DNA from: Lytechinus pictus | Taxonomy: Eukaryota | Length of the DNA stretch: 64,000 nucleotides | Assembly (NCBI RefSeq): GCF_037042905.1 | Contig: NC_087251.1 | Span: 45,510,001 to 45,574,000 of the forward strand | Reading direction: 5' to 3' | Shown here: positions 1 through 11,433 of the stretch, piece after piece | Layout of the letters: each line of letters opens with the position of its first letter | Numbering within the stretch: the first letter of the stretch is position 1 | The notes under the pieces: model-generated | What the model was told of the DNA's origin: nothing | The model's database searches: none | The model's input: the letters and a program-made list of their open reading frames with translations, nothing else | Position numbers and translations under genes: made by a program

Positions 1-315
1 CAGCCCCCGAGCAAGAAAACCCCTGGCACAATCAGCATCCTTTCTCCTCGGTCAAGCTACTCCCGGCTCACCACCCCTTCCTCGTTTCCTGCCAAGAGGG
101 TCCATACCATCGGAACCATAGCATCCATCGCCGACGTCCCCAACGCCAACACCACGGCGAAACCTGCTGCTGAAAAGAGACCCATCCCTCCTCTTGGTCC
201 GATATCATCGGCCTCCAAAGGCATGGAATCGAACACCAAAGCTTTTGAATCCAGCCCGACGGCCAAGACAACCAGTGTGACGACGGCGTTGCCACCACTC
301 AAGCCTATCAGAACA
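1..315 (+). CDS. Internal coding exon of an unidentified gene (Pro/Ser/Thr-rich, low complexity); 5' boundary at or before the window start
   Basis: Frame 1 open from base 1 (QPPSKKTPGTISILSPRSS...PPLKPIRT) ending at ACA|GTGAGT donor, phase 0; GC-rich versus flanking intron. Confidence 0.75.
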
Positions 316-759
316 GTGAGTGCCTATTTCATTGAATCAGTTGTGTGAATGTGTCTTTTTTTTCTTATTCAGAAATGATAACTTAAGCTTTATTCATGTT
401 ACCTTAAGTTAGTCGTTAACTAATTACATTGGTGCCATAAAGTCGACAACCATACTTGCATATGCATTGAGTTTTCATTCTCTATCTCACATGCTCTCTC
501 CCCCTCTTCTCTGCTCTCTCTTTCTTTCTTGTCTCAGTCTCTTCTCTGTCTTAATCTGTGTATTCCCCCTCTCTCTCTGTTACCCCTCTTCCCCCAGATA
601 AATAAATGTAACTATTGATTGTACATCAAGTAATTAATCTTACAATGTACATCACAATTATTATAAGCTTGACGAACATTATTCACAATGGAGTGGACAT
701 ACTAAAGATAATTTTTATTCCCAATTATTTTTTTTCTTAATTTAATTTCATAAAAAAAG

Positions 760-942
760 AAACCTACCAACACCCAGTCAACATCGTCACAAGAGAGCAA
801 GACCACCACCAGCCCTGCTACTACTACTACCACTACACCATCATCAGAACAAAGCACTGCCATTGAGGATGATACAGCCAAGGAAAGCTCTAGCTTATCC
901 TCAGACTCACAGCTCCTCACATCTACTCAAGATTCTCCTGAT
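760..942 (+). CDS. Penultimate coding exon of the same gene (Ser/Thr-rich)
   Basis: AG at 758-759, open phase-0 frame KPTNTQSTSSQESKTTTSPATTTTTT...QDSPD, donor GAT|GTAAGA; 183 bp. Confidence 0.7.
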
Positions 943-1427
943 GTAAGAATTTCTATTTATGACTGCCATTTATCTTAAGCCATATTGATTATTCCGACTT
1001 GTGGTATATGTTTGAAGTAAATGGTAGCTTTGATTAGATATGATGTAATCAGCCTTTTCAAGTGACGTACCAATTATATTGTAGTGCAAGTTTGACCTTG
1101 TTGATAATTCATCATGATTATACATGTATATACCAAAATGTCATGGAAAAAAAAATAGGGCATGCCAGAACATAGGTCTTTGACTAATGTGATAAGGTAC
1201 CAGTAACATCATTTTAGTGTCCTGACGAAGGTAAATGACATACATCTATTGCAATCCAACTGATAAGATGCCATTAGAACACACACAAATAAAATCCAAT
1301 GCGACTCGGCCCTTAAAACAAAGGAGGGCAGTCTTCAAATTTTATTGTGCTTGGCAAAGATTCAACTTCTGATGTTCTGCTGTGCAAGGTCAATTTCACA
1401 AATTCCATTATGATTTTTCTTCTTCAG

Positions 1428-1805
1428 AGCAACCCTGCCAAAGCCCAAGAGGCAGAGGCGTCCAACGAGTCCGGTCCACCCCTCATGGAGACGGGAGACA
1501 CCCCCTCAGAAGACCTGGTGGAGCAGACCACCGTCCTACCCGAGGGCACCACCATCATGCAGCTGGAGGACGGCACCTTCCTCCTCCAGAAACCCGACGG
1601 CACCGCCATGCAGATCCAGACGCCCGAGGGCATGACCATCGAGACCGTCCAAGCTCTTCTGTCCATGGAGGGTGGTGCCATTGAGACGGTCGAGGAGCCC
1701 AGCCCGCAGTACATCCTGGACGACGGCAGTTGCGTCCAGCTACCAGCGGGGATGTCCCTGGATATGGCCGTTGAGATGGGTTTGATCAATCAGTCTGCAG
1801 ATTGA
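1428..1805 (+). CDS. Terminal coding exon of the same gene; acidic C-terminus with (Q/I)L(E/D)DG(T/S) motifs
   Basis: Polypyrimidine acceptor TTTTTCTTCTTCAG|AGC, 378 bp to TGA, strong GC3 codon bias; in phase with upstream exons. Confidence 0.8.
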   Translation, partial: SNPAKAQEAEASNESGPPLMETGDTPSEDLVEQTTVLPEGTTIMQLEDGTFLLQKPDGTAMQIQTPEGMTIETVQALLSMEGGAIETVEEPSPQYILDDGSCVQLPAGMSLDMAVEMGLINQSAD

Positions 1806-2828
1806 GAACTCCAAAACCATGGCCAGGTGGATGAGCCTGCTGTCTGTATATATAAACTGCCATTTTGCCCAACTTGCCAGTATTGTGCATCACATGGTCT
1901 TCACCATCAGTCATTGTAGTTTGTCAGGTTAACTTGCCTTTGTCTCGTTTAATTTTCTCAACTTTATCTCTCTTTTACTTCGTCTTTGATTGTGTATACC
2001 TTACACTGCAATCACACTATCTTTTTCTTCTATCATACATATTTATCCAGTATTTCAGCTTAATATGTATGCACTTCATTCATGGTCAGTAATATCTTCA
2101 AGTAGCAAAAGTATTAATTTGTGTAAATGTTCTGACATATCTGTCTCTATATTTGGTTTGGATGCTGATTTTTAGAAAAATATCTATTGGAGGGGGGGGG
2201 GGGGCTTGTAGTATTCCTAACAAAAGATAATGCATGCACTTAATAGCTAGAATTGCAACTGGCTAATTGCGTAACTCAGTGAAGAAAGTGATTTTATTTT
2301 GACCGCCAAAATTCTGAAGTTGGATTTGTCAATAGTGTACATCAGTATGAAATAGACTTAAAAAACAAATGAAGTAGGCAGCCAGCTTGTTTTGTCAGTT
2401 TCTCCTCTGCAAAATATATCATGCATTGTAAATATTGTAATATATGTTTGTGTATATTTTTGAAAACGGCAACATATGTTTTTTTTAGATATTGCTTGGT
2501 CTACTTTATACGTGCATGAATTTGATATGTGTATTCAGCTACTATTATTAGGTTGAGTATGGGAGTGTGCTCTGTACATTGCATGTCTGGTCTGAAATGT
2601 CTTGAAACACGTCTTTTCCGATGTTTACTATATATGCACATATGTACATAGTTTAGTAGTTTGATATATATATAGCTAATAAGCCCGTTTTTGAGGTGCC
2701 AATTATTGTTATCCCTAGAGTCCTCCACCACCATCACCACTAATAATGTAGGCATTAAATGCTCGGTGTAGTTGTCTGTGAACACATATATTTTCTTTAT
2801 TTTCATCTGGTACAACCAGAGAGTTATT

Positions 2829-3270
2829 TGCCCGAATTCACAAAGGTCATTTCTAATTTTAAAAGCATCGGTTGAACCCATGGTTTATGCAGATTTCCTG
2901 TATAAAGTATGCTTATTTACCGGGTATATTAAAAAATGTCCAGTGCTGATGCACGCTTTTGTCACAGTGCGCCAAACTGACACCTGTTGCCATGGTTAAG
3001 TACCAGTATATTATATAAGGTATAAGGTATTATATTCAAGAGTCCACTGTTTGAAGAGTGGACTCATTAATTCAAAACAGTGGACTCATTAATAAAATAG
3101 AGTGGATAACCACGGCAATAGGCGTCAACTTGGCGCACTGCAACAAGACCGTGCATCAGCATTGGAAATTTTTAATATACCTGGTAAATACTCGTAATTT
3201 ATACAGGAAATCTGCATAGACCATGGGTTTACCCGATGGTTTTAAAAACCACCTTTGTGAATTCAGGCCA
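2829..3270. mobile_element. Palindromic MITE (~170 bp imperfect inverted arms)
   Basis: GCCCGAATTCACAAAGGT...CCATGGTTTATGCAGATTTCCTGTATAAA mirrored by TTTATACAGGAAATCTGCATAGACCATGG...ACCTTTGTGAATTCAGGCC. Confidence 0.8.
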
Positions 3271-4026
3271 TTGTGTTTATTCATCAGATGGGTGTTATAA
3301 CTTCTTCACATTATCTGTCTACATTGTTTTTCGTGACAACTTAAAAGCGGACATAATCTGAATCTTATTCTTGATTTTTTTTTACTGGACATATCTGACC
3401 AATAAGTTTTACAAGTCCTTGAAATTTACTTGACCTGCAGTGATTTTTACCAGTTACGGACTACTGGCACCGGTGTCGACCTCTGTCTTTTCCAACATTT
3501 CAGAATATGACTTACTGGTTGTTGAAATCCTACACAGTGTGTATTGTGCTCTTATCAATGGATACACATGTTTTATACACCAAAGTGTAGATCTAGACCA
3601 ACAGGTTTTTATGTTTAATTTTTCAATGAATTTGTCGTTTTTAAATCATCAAAGTAAAAAAAATGTAGATGTACCTGGACACATTTCCGTTTGAACTAAT
3701 TATTCAATTCCTTGATCCCACATATAAAATTGATTTTGTAACATCAACTGGAATTATAAAAATATATTGGCTTTTTGCAATTAATGTTATTAGAAATTCA
3801 AATCAAGTCATATTAGATAATGAGATAATATAGTAAGTTTGCGTTTTGAGTTTGAAGTAGGATAAGAATATGCAATTTGTAATAGTGGGCTTTCTACTCT
3901 TAATAGGAATGAAATATATTGAATACAAAAATAGTTTGCTTTGATAATAATGAATGATAGGCAAAAAGCAAAGCTCCAAGTAGGTAGTTGGGAATAAATC
4001 ATACCATAGTTGACTGTGGATCCTAT

Positions 4027-4339
4027 GGCCCGTATTCTGAAGTCGGGTTCAACTCAAACTCAGGTTTAAAGTTGTGGTTTAAGTATGGATAGCCAATTGT
4101 TCCATAAATCACTAACGATAGAGATATCATATTTCAGCTCATTTGGCTCTCAAAGCATTCATAATTGTCTAGGAAGTATAAATAGATGATTGTCTTCACT
4201 GTCGATGAATCAGGAAAGAGCACAGTAAACATAAGAAACATACAACTTGATAAAAAGAAATTGACACTTATGGCTTCCCATAATTTTAGCACAGAGTTAG
4301 ACCATGGTCTAAGTTAAACCTGACTTCAGAATACGGGCC
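4027..4339. mobile_element. MITE with GGCCCGTATTCTGAAGTC TIRs (Harbinger-like); a diverged right end recurs at ~4590-4657
   Basis: GGCCCGTATTCTGAAGTCGGGTT ... AAACCTGACTTCAGAATACGGGCC. Confidence 0.8.
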
Positions 4340-4777
4340 CCAGTTTCTTTTGGCTTTTGATTTGCATTCTGTGATATTAATTCCTACTGTTGTAACTTGT
4401 TGATTGTTTAACTATGGAAAGCCACATGTGACCAATCTCCAGCAGTATAGCTTTGAATCGTTGGCACATTTGGCACTAAATTCTTTCATAAATGTCTGGT
4501 AATGATAACTGAAGTAGTTTTCATCACCATTGAAATATGGGGAATGATCACAGAAAACAATGAATATATACAATATAAATTTTGAAATTTCAGCTTCCCA
4601 TAATAGCACAGGGTTAGACCATGGCCTAAGTTAAACTTGACTACAGAATATGGACCACTGTGTTAAGAATCCTCTAATAAAGGGGTTTGGAGAAAATGTG
4701 CATGTTGATATGATCAAATATGATATTGTACTGTTTTGCCAAATTCAAGTGGTTTTTATCAACTGGATATTGAGCGA

Positions 4778-4990
4778 TCTGTGCCGACCGCACAGAAAGG
4801 TTGTTAGCGTAACAGATTGCGAAGAGTAATAAGCCCAGTCACATCTTTCGGATTGTGAAGCCAAAACATTTATTTCAATGTGTCATGCATTGTTGTAACA
4901 TTGGGCATCGCTGCCACATTACCAGTTGTAACAGGGCCTCTGTTAGCGCATTGTTAGCGCAAAAAAACGTTTCTGTGCGGTCAGTACAGA
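4778..4990. mobile_element. Small MITE
   Basis: TCTGTGCCGACCGCACAGAAA ... TTTCTGTGCGGTCAGTACAGA inverted termini. Confidence 0.65.
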
Positions 4991-5513
4991 CTGATAGTTT
5001 CATCATTTATTTAAAGTAGTCCCCATACATGTATCTCCATCATTACTGGAAATACTTTGAAAATATGACTTAAGTAATCAATTCCATCCTAGTACTTTGT
5101 TATCAAATTTGGTAGGTTGGATATGTGAGATAGTTTCCTGTAGGAAATATGTTGATGCACAAGTAGCTATAGGGTAGAAAAGAGGTTGAATATATCTGTC
5201 TAGGCTTGTAACTTCGTTTTATGTCTTTGTAAAGAGAACCATTTTCTCCACTTCAAAATAGAATTACATCAAACTTTATGACAATTATAATGATTGTTAT
5301 ATTTGTTAAAAACCAACTTAAAAAAACATCCAATATGTCACAAGGCCACTTTCTGTTAGCCATGACAATACTCTTATTAATGCTCAAAGTTTAAAATTTA
5401 AAAAATCAACTCATGTGAAAGACCTACCTACATGTGCTCTGAATTCATGAAGGTTTGAAAGTGAGAAACAAACATTTCAACAACAAAAATTCTTAGACTG
5501 CTTCGGGTTTCAA

Positions 5514-5654
5514 CAGGGTGTATTTCATGAAAAGTTTGACGATGATTTTCTCTTACAGATGTTACAAGCTACTGCAAATTCTTCAATCTGATTGGCTGAG
5601 AGCAAAGTAGTCAGTGAACATCATTGATGAAACATTTTGTGAAATGTTCCCCTG
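5514..5654. mobile_element. Degenerate small MITE (GGG-TGTTTCATGAA family; relatives at 25086-25257, 42337-42645, 45456-45613)
   Basis: CAGGGTGTATTTCATGAAAAGTTT ... AACATTTTGTGAAATGTTCCCCTG. Confidence 0.5.
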
Positions 5655-6859
5655 ATCTTGTACATTGGATCCAGTATTATTTGGGTTATGGTTAATTAAA
5701 AAGTAATGTCACCTTGAAGTATAAGATTTGCTTACAATACAGAAAATTCAATCGCCTCCCCTCTCAAGTAATATTGTGGGTTTTGCATGTAAACATGTTG
5801 GTTTAGACATCCATAATATATACTTTTGTTGTTATAAATATGGCGATCAAGTTACACAACATAACACTCACTACCTGTCAAACAGGTATGCTTCTTCTTT
5901 TACCTTTTACTGGTAATTGAAAAGTGCAAAAGGTACTTTTTTCTGGTTAGAATGGTTCATTTAACTCTGGGCAATGCATGTCGTAGTTTACTTTACATAA
6001 AACGAAACATTTTTTCATCAAATTTGATATTTTCCCTAAAAATCTAGATACATTTTGCCTGGAGAGGGAGATAACAATGTTTTCCTTTTTTTTAATTGTA
6101 CAGTATAAATATTTTTTCTTTTATTATTGCATTTGTGAAAAAATTATTTATTATTAAAATAAATTACAATTATATACAGAATGAGAAGAAAATGATCAAA
6201 AAGAAAATTGTTGAAATGATTCTTTTACATAACCCAATTATTGGTCTTTCCTGTTGATAGACAATCTGTCCATCATGAAATTATAATTCATACTCTGAAG
6301 AGAACAAATATACAGCCATGCCTAGGAATTGAATGAATTTTAGTGACATTTCTAATTCAAAACCTTCATAATATTTATGTGAATAAAAACAAGCAATGTG
6401 AAATATTTTTGAAGTATTCATAGCGTTGCCCTTGTATATACACATTTCATGTGAATATTCCATTAAATGAGTATGAACAAATAATTGGTGTCTTGTCTAT
6501 GTGTTCACTATTCTTTTTTATATTACTTTAGAACAATAATGTAGTACAAATTAGTTGAATTTTCATGTATGTTTTGCATAAAGTGGTCTAAAAATTGCTT
6601 CGACTTGGGCGAATATTTGGCTGCAGAAGGTTGACTCAAACAAGTTTACCTGTATGTTTAACCACCTGTGGTTAAAAAGTTAAATAATCATAACAATGGA
6701 ATTCAGGTTTTGCAAACTTCTTAGAATAAGTTAATATTAATGTATTTGGTAAATGGTGAGCATTGAGTGAAGTTTTGCAGCACTACAAATATCAAACGTA
6801 CAATTAAATATTTTTCCTCCCGAAGAATCTGAAAATTCATTTGGATATGACAGAAATTA

Positions 6860-7362
6860 CAGAATAAAGCAGCAAGGGTCAACCATCATATACACAGACA
6901 ACCCCCCCTGATAAGAGAATTACATTGGCTGAAAGAAAAAAATCGAATTGAGCATAAGTCTCTGACTATCACATTCAAATGTCTTAATGATCAAGCTCCA
7001 TCATACCTGTCAGACCTCCTAACAGTTCGCCAGCCAATCAATGTATAACACTCGGTCATCATCACATATCCCTCTTCACATCCCCCGGACATTCAAATCA
7101 GTCGGTGATAGGTCATTTTCTGTGTTCGCCCCAAAATATTGGAATAGATTACCCCATAAACTTCGACAATGTTCTTCTATTGATGTGTTTAAGAAGATGC
7201 TTAAATCTCATTGTTTTAACATGTTTAATATATTGCAAGTAGTGTTTCATTTTGTGTAGTTTTGTTATAAGTTTTCACCGATTGTATTTGTTTTGTCATT
7301 TGTACAGCGCTTTGTAACTTCTGAAAAAGCGCTTAATAAGAAGTATTTATTATTATTATTAT
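6860..7362 (+). mobile_element. 5'-truncated LINE (L2/CR1 group) 3' end
   Basis: LHWL..RIEHK..APSYL, GDRSFSVFAPKYWNRLP..FKKMLKSH C-terminal ORF2 motifs, then AGCGCT..(TAT)n tail. Confidence 0.8.
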
Positions 7363-7829
7363 TGTTATATGAGCTATTCAATATAGAAAGGTTGAGACCT
7401 TTCTATACTGAATATGGCACAGAAACAAATTATTTCAAAGAAATGGTTATAAGAAGAAAGAAAGTCATACATTATGAATATAAAAACATATTTACGAAAT
7501 GAAAACAAAAACACGTAAAATAATAAGACCATTAGTCTGAGTAACATACATCTTCAAAATAATAAACCTTTTCTTTATTTAAATAAACGATACATGGTCA
7601 AATCTCTGCAATTATAAAGACAAGAAATTCAACAGATGATTATTACATTTACTTGTACAAAATGTTAAATTGTCAATGTCAGGTTAAATCACTAAAGTGC
7701 TTATTCATACTTCACATTCCACATACTCAAAATCTTGCTCTATGATTGGTCAAAAGTTAATCATGTGATAAAGTGTAATTTCACCATCAATCATTACTTA
7801 CAGCGACAGAACATTTATGTTAAACTGAT

Positions 7830-7946
7830 CAGTAATGTACGCAGGATATTTGAAAGGGGGGGGGGGGGTTCAAGCTGAATGAATGAAATGTACATTTCAT
7901 TCAGCTTGAACCCCCCCCCCTTTCAAAAATCCTGCATACGCTACTG
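7830..7946. repeat. Near-perfect spacerless palindrome with G-run/C-run arms
   Basis: CAGTAATGTACGCAGGATATTTGAAAG(n)TTCAAGCTGAATGAATGAAATG|TA|CATTTCATTCAGCTTGAAC(n)TTTCAAAAATCCTGCATACGCTACTG. Confidence 0.85.
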
Positions 7947-9429
7947 CATGGTCTTATCCTTGCCCCGGGGACTTCAGACCTCAACATGTCTTCAGACAGT
8001 AAGGTCTTATCCTAGTTTATTCACTGATAATTTGTCAACTTCGAGACTGGATATATCACTTACTCTTTATGATATTAAGATGAACTATACAGTGTGTTTC
8101 AATAAAAAAATACATTTTTGGAAAAGCTGTCATGTTATGTCAAGTCATGTTACAAATAATTTGATATAGGTAGATGTTCTAAAGTCTTCTCTTTATCAGT
8201 AAGAAACAAAAATGCAACCGAGTGATGCAGGTTAACCATAGGCGGATCCAAGCCAACACCCCCCCCCCCTCTATTGGCAGAGCAAATAAAGGAAAAATAG
8301 GACAGAAAAAAAAAGAAGAAGAAAAAAGAGAGAAAATAGGTAGAGCAAAAAAAAAAATACTAAACCGAAAACAATATATAGACCTCTTTTTCTACCTCTT
8401 GTTTTCGCTCTGTTATTGATCTAGGAGGCCGAAATGAGGGCCAAAACGGTCACCCATCCTTATCACCCCACTTCCGTTGGCAGAGCTTAAAAAAATGGAA
8501 AAGAAGAGAAGAGAGACAAGAAAAAGAGAAAAAACGGAAGACAGGAAATCAGCCAAAAATACAAAATAATTATCCAAACGCCTTTCTTTTCACTCTCCCG
8601 TTTTTTTATTTGGGGGGGGGGGGGCTCTCTGTTAATATAGGAGGGCGACAGGAGGGCTAAAAGTGGTGCCCTTGTCTCTTCCTTTGCGGAGAAAAAGGGA
8701 GAATGGGAAAAAGAGAGGGAGAGAAAGAAATAAGGCAGAAATAAGAAAACAGAGGGAAAATAGCAAAAAGAGAAAAAGAAAGAAGAGAAAAAAGAGAGAT
8801 ATAATACTAGATGAAGCAATCAAGCTAAATAAAAAAAAGAAGACGAAATGAAAATAAAAAGAAAAAGAGTTAAAAAAACATGAAGTTTTTAGCAACACGA
8901 CCTTGTTTTGGCACTTGTTTGCGTTTGGGCGAGTGTGAGCCTGTGGTCAATCTGTCACCACCTTGCAAAACAATAAGTAACATGATGATACATTACAAAA
9001 CAACGGCGATCCGTTGCTACGATGATGCGCTCGTCGAGACCAGTGGGCAGTGGACCATGTCTTCGTCTTCCCTTGTTTAAAACTTCTAAGATCTGGAATT
9101 TGTGACAGTGCAGTGGACAGAAAGCCTATGACGATGCGGAAGACACTAAGAGAAAGACGAAAGGTTATTCACTTTTTATGCTGTTTATAAACCTTTTGCA
9201 CTTATTCCTATGTCATTTTGATGCAAAGTATTGGTCACAATTTCTGTCCTGAAAGGGCATGCATGCTGATCATCATCTTAGGTGTAGACATGACCACATC
9301 CCTTCTGGATACTTTAATTTGCACCTCCAATGGTTAAACGAATAGCCATAAAAGTAGTGAACGTTCGGTCAAGATATTTGTAGTCATCACTTTTTTTAAA
9401 ATTTCAGTTCACAGATTTCTTTTTCTTTT

Positions 9430-10140
9430 GCCCACCAGATCAATACCCCAAAGACATCGCAACCGAATTCAAGATTGTGGTTCTAGAAGAGGGCAAAATG
9501 TAAAGAAACGTCACAAGATGAGGGTAGGTGTTATCGTGTTATTATTGCATATCTTCATCGTCTTGGACAGCGATTGGGAGTTACGTTATGAAGAGTTCGA
9601 CCTTCATTGCCGCATTCCAAACAGTTCTGTACCTATTCGGATTCACATTTGGTCTGAGCAGGAACTTACAAGGAACTTATGTGGATTTTGTTGCAGCCTA
9701 TGACCGAATCAGTCAAGTCAAAGAAGAACTGACGAAAGTCAGAACCAAAGCCAAGATATCTTTCAGAGGTGTCTGGAAAAAAGCTGAGTCCATGTCCATG
9801 ACAGCAGGTGAAGTCATGTCAGTTCCTCGTACATGTCAGAGACAGACCCTTCGAAGTATCACTTCCCGGAAAGGGGCTTGCACTTTCTACAGACGTACTA
9901 TATTCCTACCATTCCTTGACAGTCTGTTGCAACAACTGGCATACAGATTTGAAGGATTGTCTGCTTCAAGGGATGCTGTTGATTGCCTAGGATGATACAC
10001 AAACTTACTGGAAACATGCAAGACAGACTGATTGATTTCTATGGGCCAGATCTACCATTTCCCAGAGTGGCATCACAGGAAATACAACTTTGGAAACGTC
10101 ACTGGTTAGTATTGATGTACTAAAGTTTCCGAGAATGCCT
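9430..10140 (+). pseudogene. hAT transposase fragment (P52rIPK/ZMYM1-like, Tip100 group)
   Basis: LSRNLQG..DFVAAY..I..VKEEL..R, VPRTCQRQTLRS, FYRRTIFLPFLDSLLQQLAYRF motifs; truncated both sides. Confidence 0.75.
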
Positions 10141-10159
10141 TGAAAAAAATCTTGGTGTG

Positions 10160-10307
10160 TGTAATGTATGTACGTATACTTGTATTGCGCCATCTACTGT
10201 TGAGATGTGATACATTTGTGCTAGTCGATTGGCACCTTAATAAAGACACTCTGCAACTGTATCTCTTGGAGTCAAGAAGTATCTTTTATTGTGCTCGTCA
10301 CATCACA
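10160..10307 (+). repeat. 5' LTR of Gypsy element A (148 bp)
   Basis: TG...CA, internal AATAAA, immediately followed by PBS TGGTGTCAGAAG (complement of tRNA-Leu 3' end) and a gag ATG 49 bp later. Confidence 0.8.
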
Positions 10308-10356
10308 TGGTGTCAGAAGGTTTTAAGAACCAGCGCTTTCTTGAGAATTTATAACT

Positions 10357-11433
10357 ATGTCGGGTCTGCGACCTCCTGGACAACTGTCCTTTGAAGGGAA
10401 CTTGTCCAAGAATTTCAACGATTGGATACAGGAATTTAACGTCTATGAGATTGCTACTCAACTGACGGAGAAGCCGGAGATTGTCCGGTGTGCAACTTTT
10501 CTCCACGTGGCAGGGCCACATGCTCAGGCTATATGCCAAACTTTTCAATTTGCGGATGACGAAAGGAACAGGATAAATGTCTTGAAGCTGAAGTTCAGAA
10601 ATTATTGTGAACCTAAAAAGAACACAACTGTGAACAGGTATTTGTTCAATACCCGCAATCAGCATGATGGTGAGCCTTTTGCTAAGTTCCTGACGGAGAT
10701 CAAAAGACTCGCAAACGACTGTGAGTTTGAGCAACTTGAAGAATCCCTACTGAAGGATCGCATCGTCTGCGGAATAAGGGATCAAGCGCTCCAGGAAAAA
10801 CTCCTACAGATCGAGAACTTGACTTTAAAGCAGTGCACAGATATGTGTACTTTGGCAGAAGTCAGCGCCGAGCAAGTGAAACAGCTTTCCTCGCACAATG
10901 ACGGCGTCGAGAAAGGAGCCGTGGATGCCATCGACGCAAGGCGCCGAGGACGTGAAAGCGCTAGAGGGCAGCGAAATGGAAATGGAAGGGATGGAGACCA
11001 CAGCTCGAAGTCATTCAGGCGAGATCAACGTCATGAACGTGGTCGACGTTATCCTGAAGATAAACGCCAGACACAGGCAAACTGTAAATACTGCACATAT
11101 CGACACGCAGATGCCGACAGATGTCCAGCCGAATTTGAGAAGTGCAAATCCTGTGGACGAGAAGGACACTTTTCGCGATCAATGTTGTGCCAGAACAACA
11201 ATCAACACAGACGGAATGACAGCCGCCGCGATGACGATCGCCGCCGTGACGATGATCGCCCCGCCGGGAGACGACAGCGACAACGCCGTGACGCAGAAGT
11301 CCGCGAAGTGAGAGCTGAGATGTACGAGGAAGATCAAGAGACTGAACACCTTAATGAGGATTTTGAGACATTATACATCGATGAGATATCGATCGGAGAA
11401 GAAAAAGGTGACAAATGGACGCAATCATGTCAG
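10357..11433 (+). mobile_element. Gypsy element A gag (retrotransposon gag + CCHC knuckles), truncated at start of protease
   Basis: F..YCEPKKN....RYLFNTRNQ..GE...FLTEIKRLA..CEF...LKDRIVCGI; C-x2-C-x3-H-x5-C and CKSCGREGHFSRSMLC knuckles. Confidence 0.85.
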
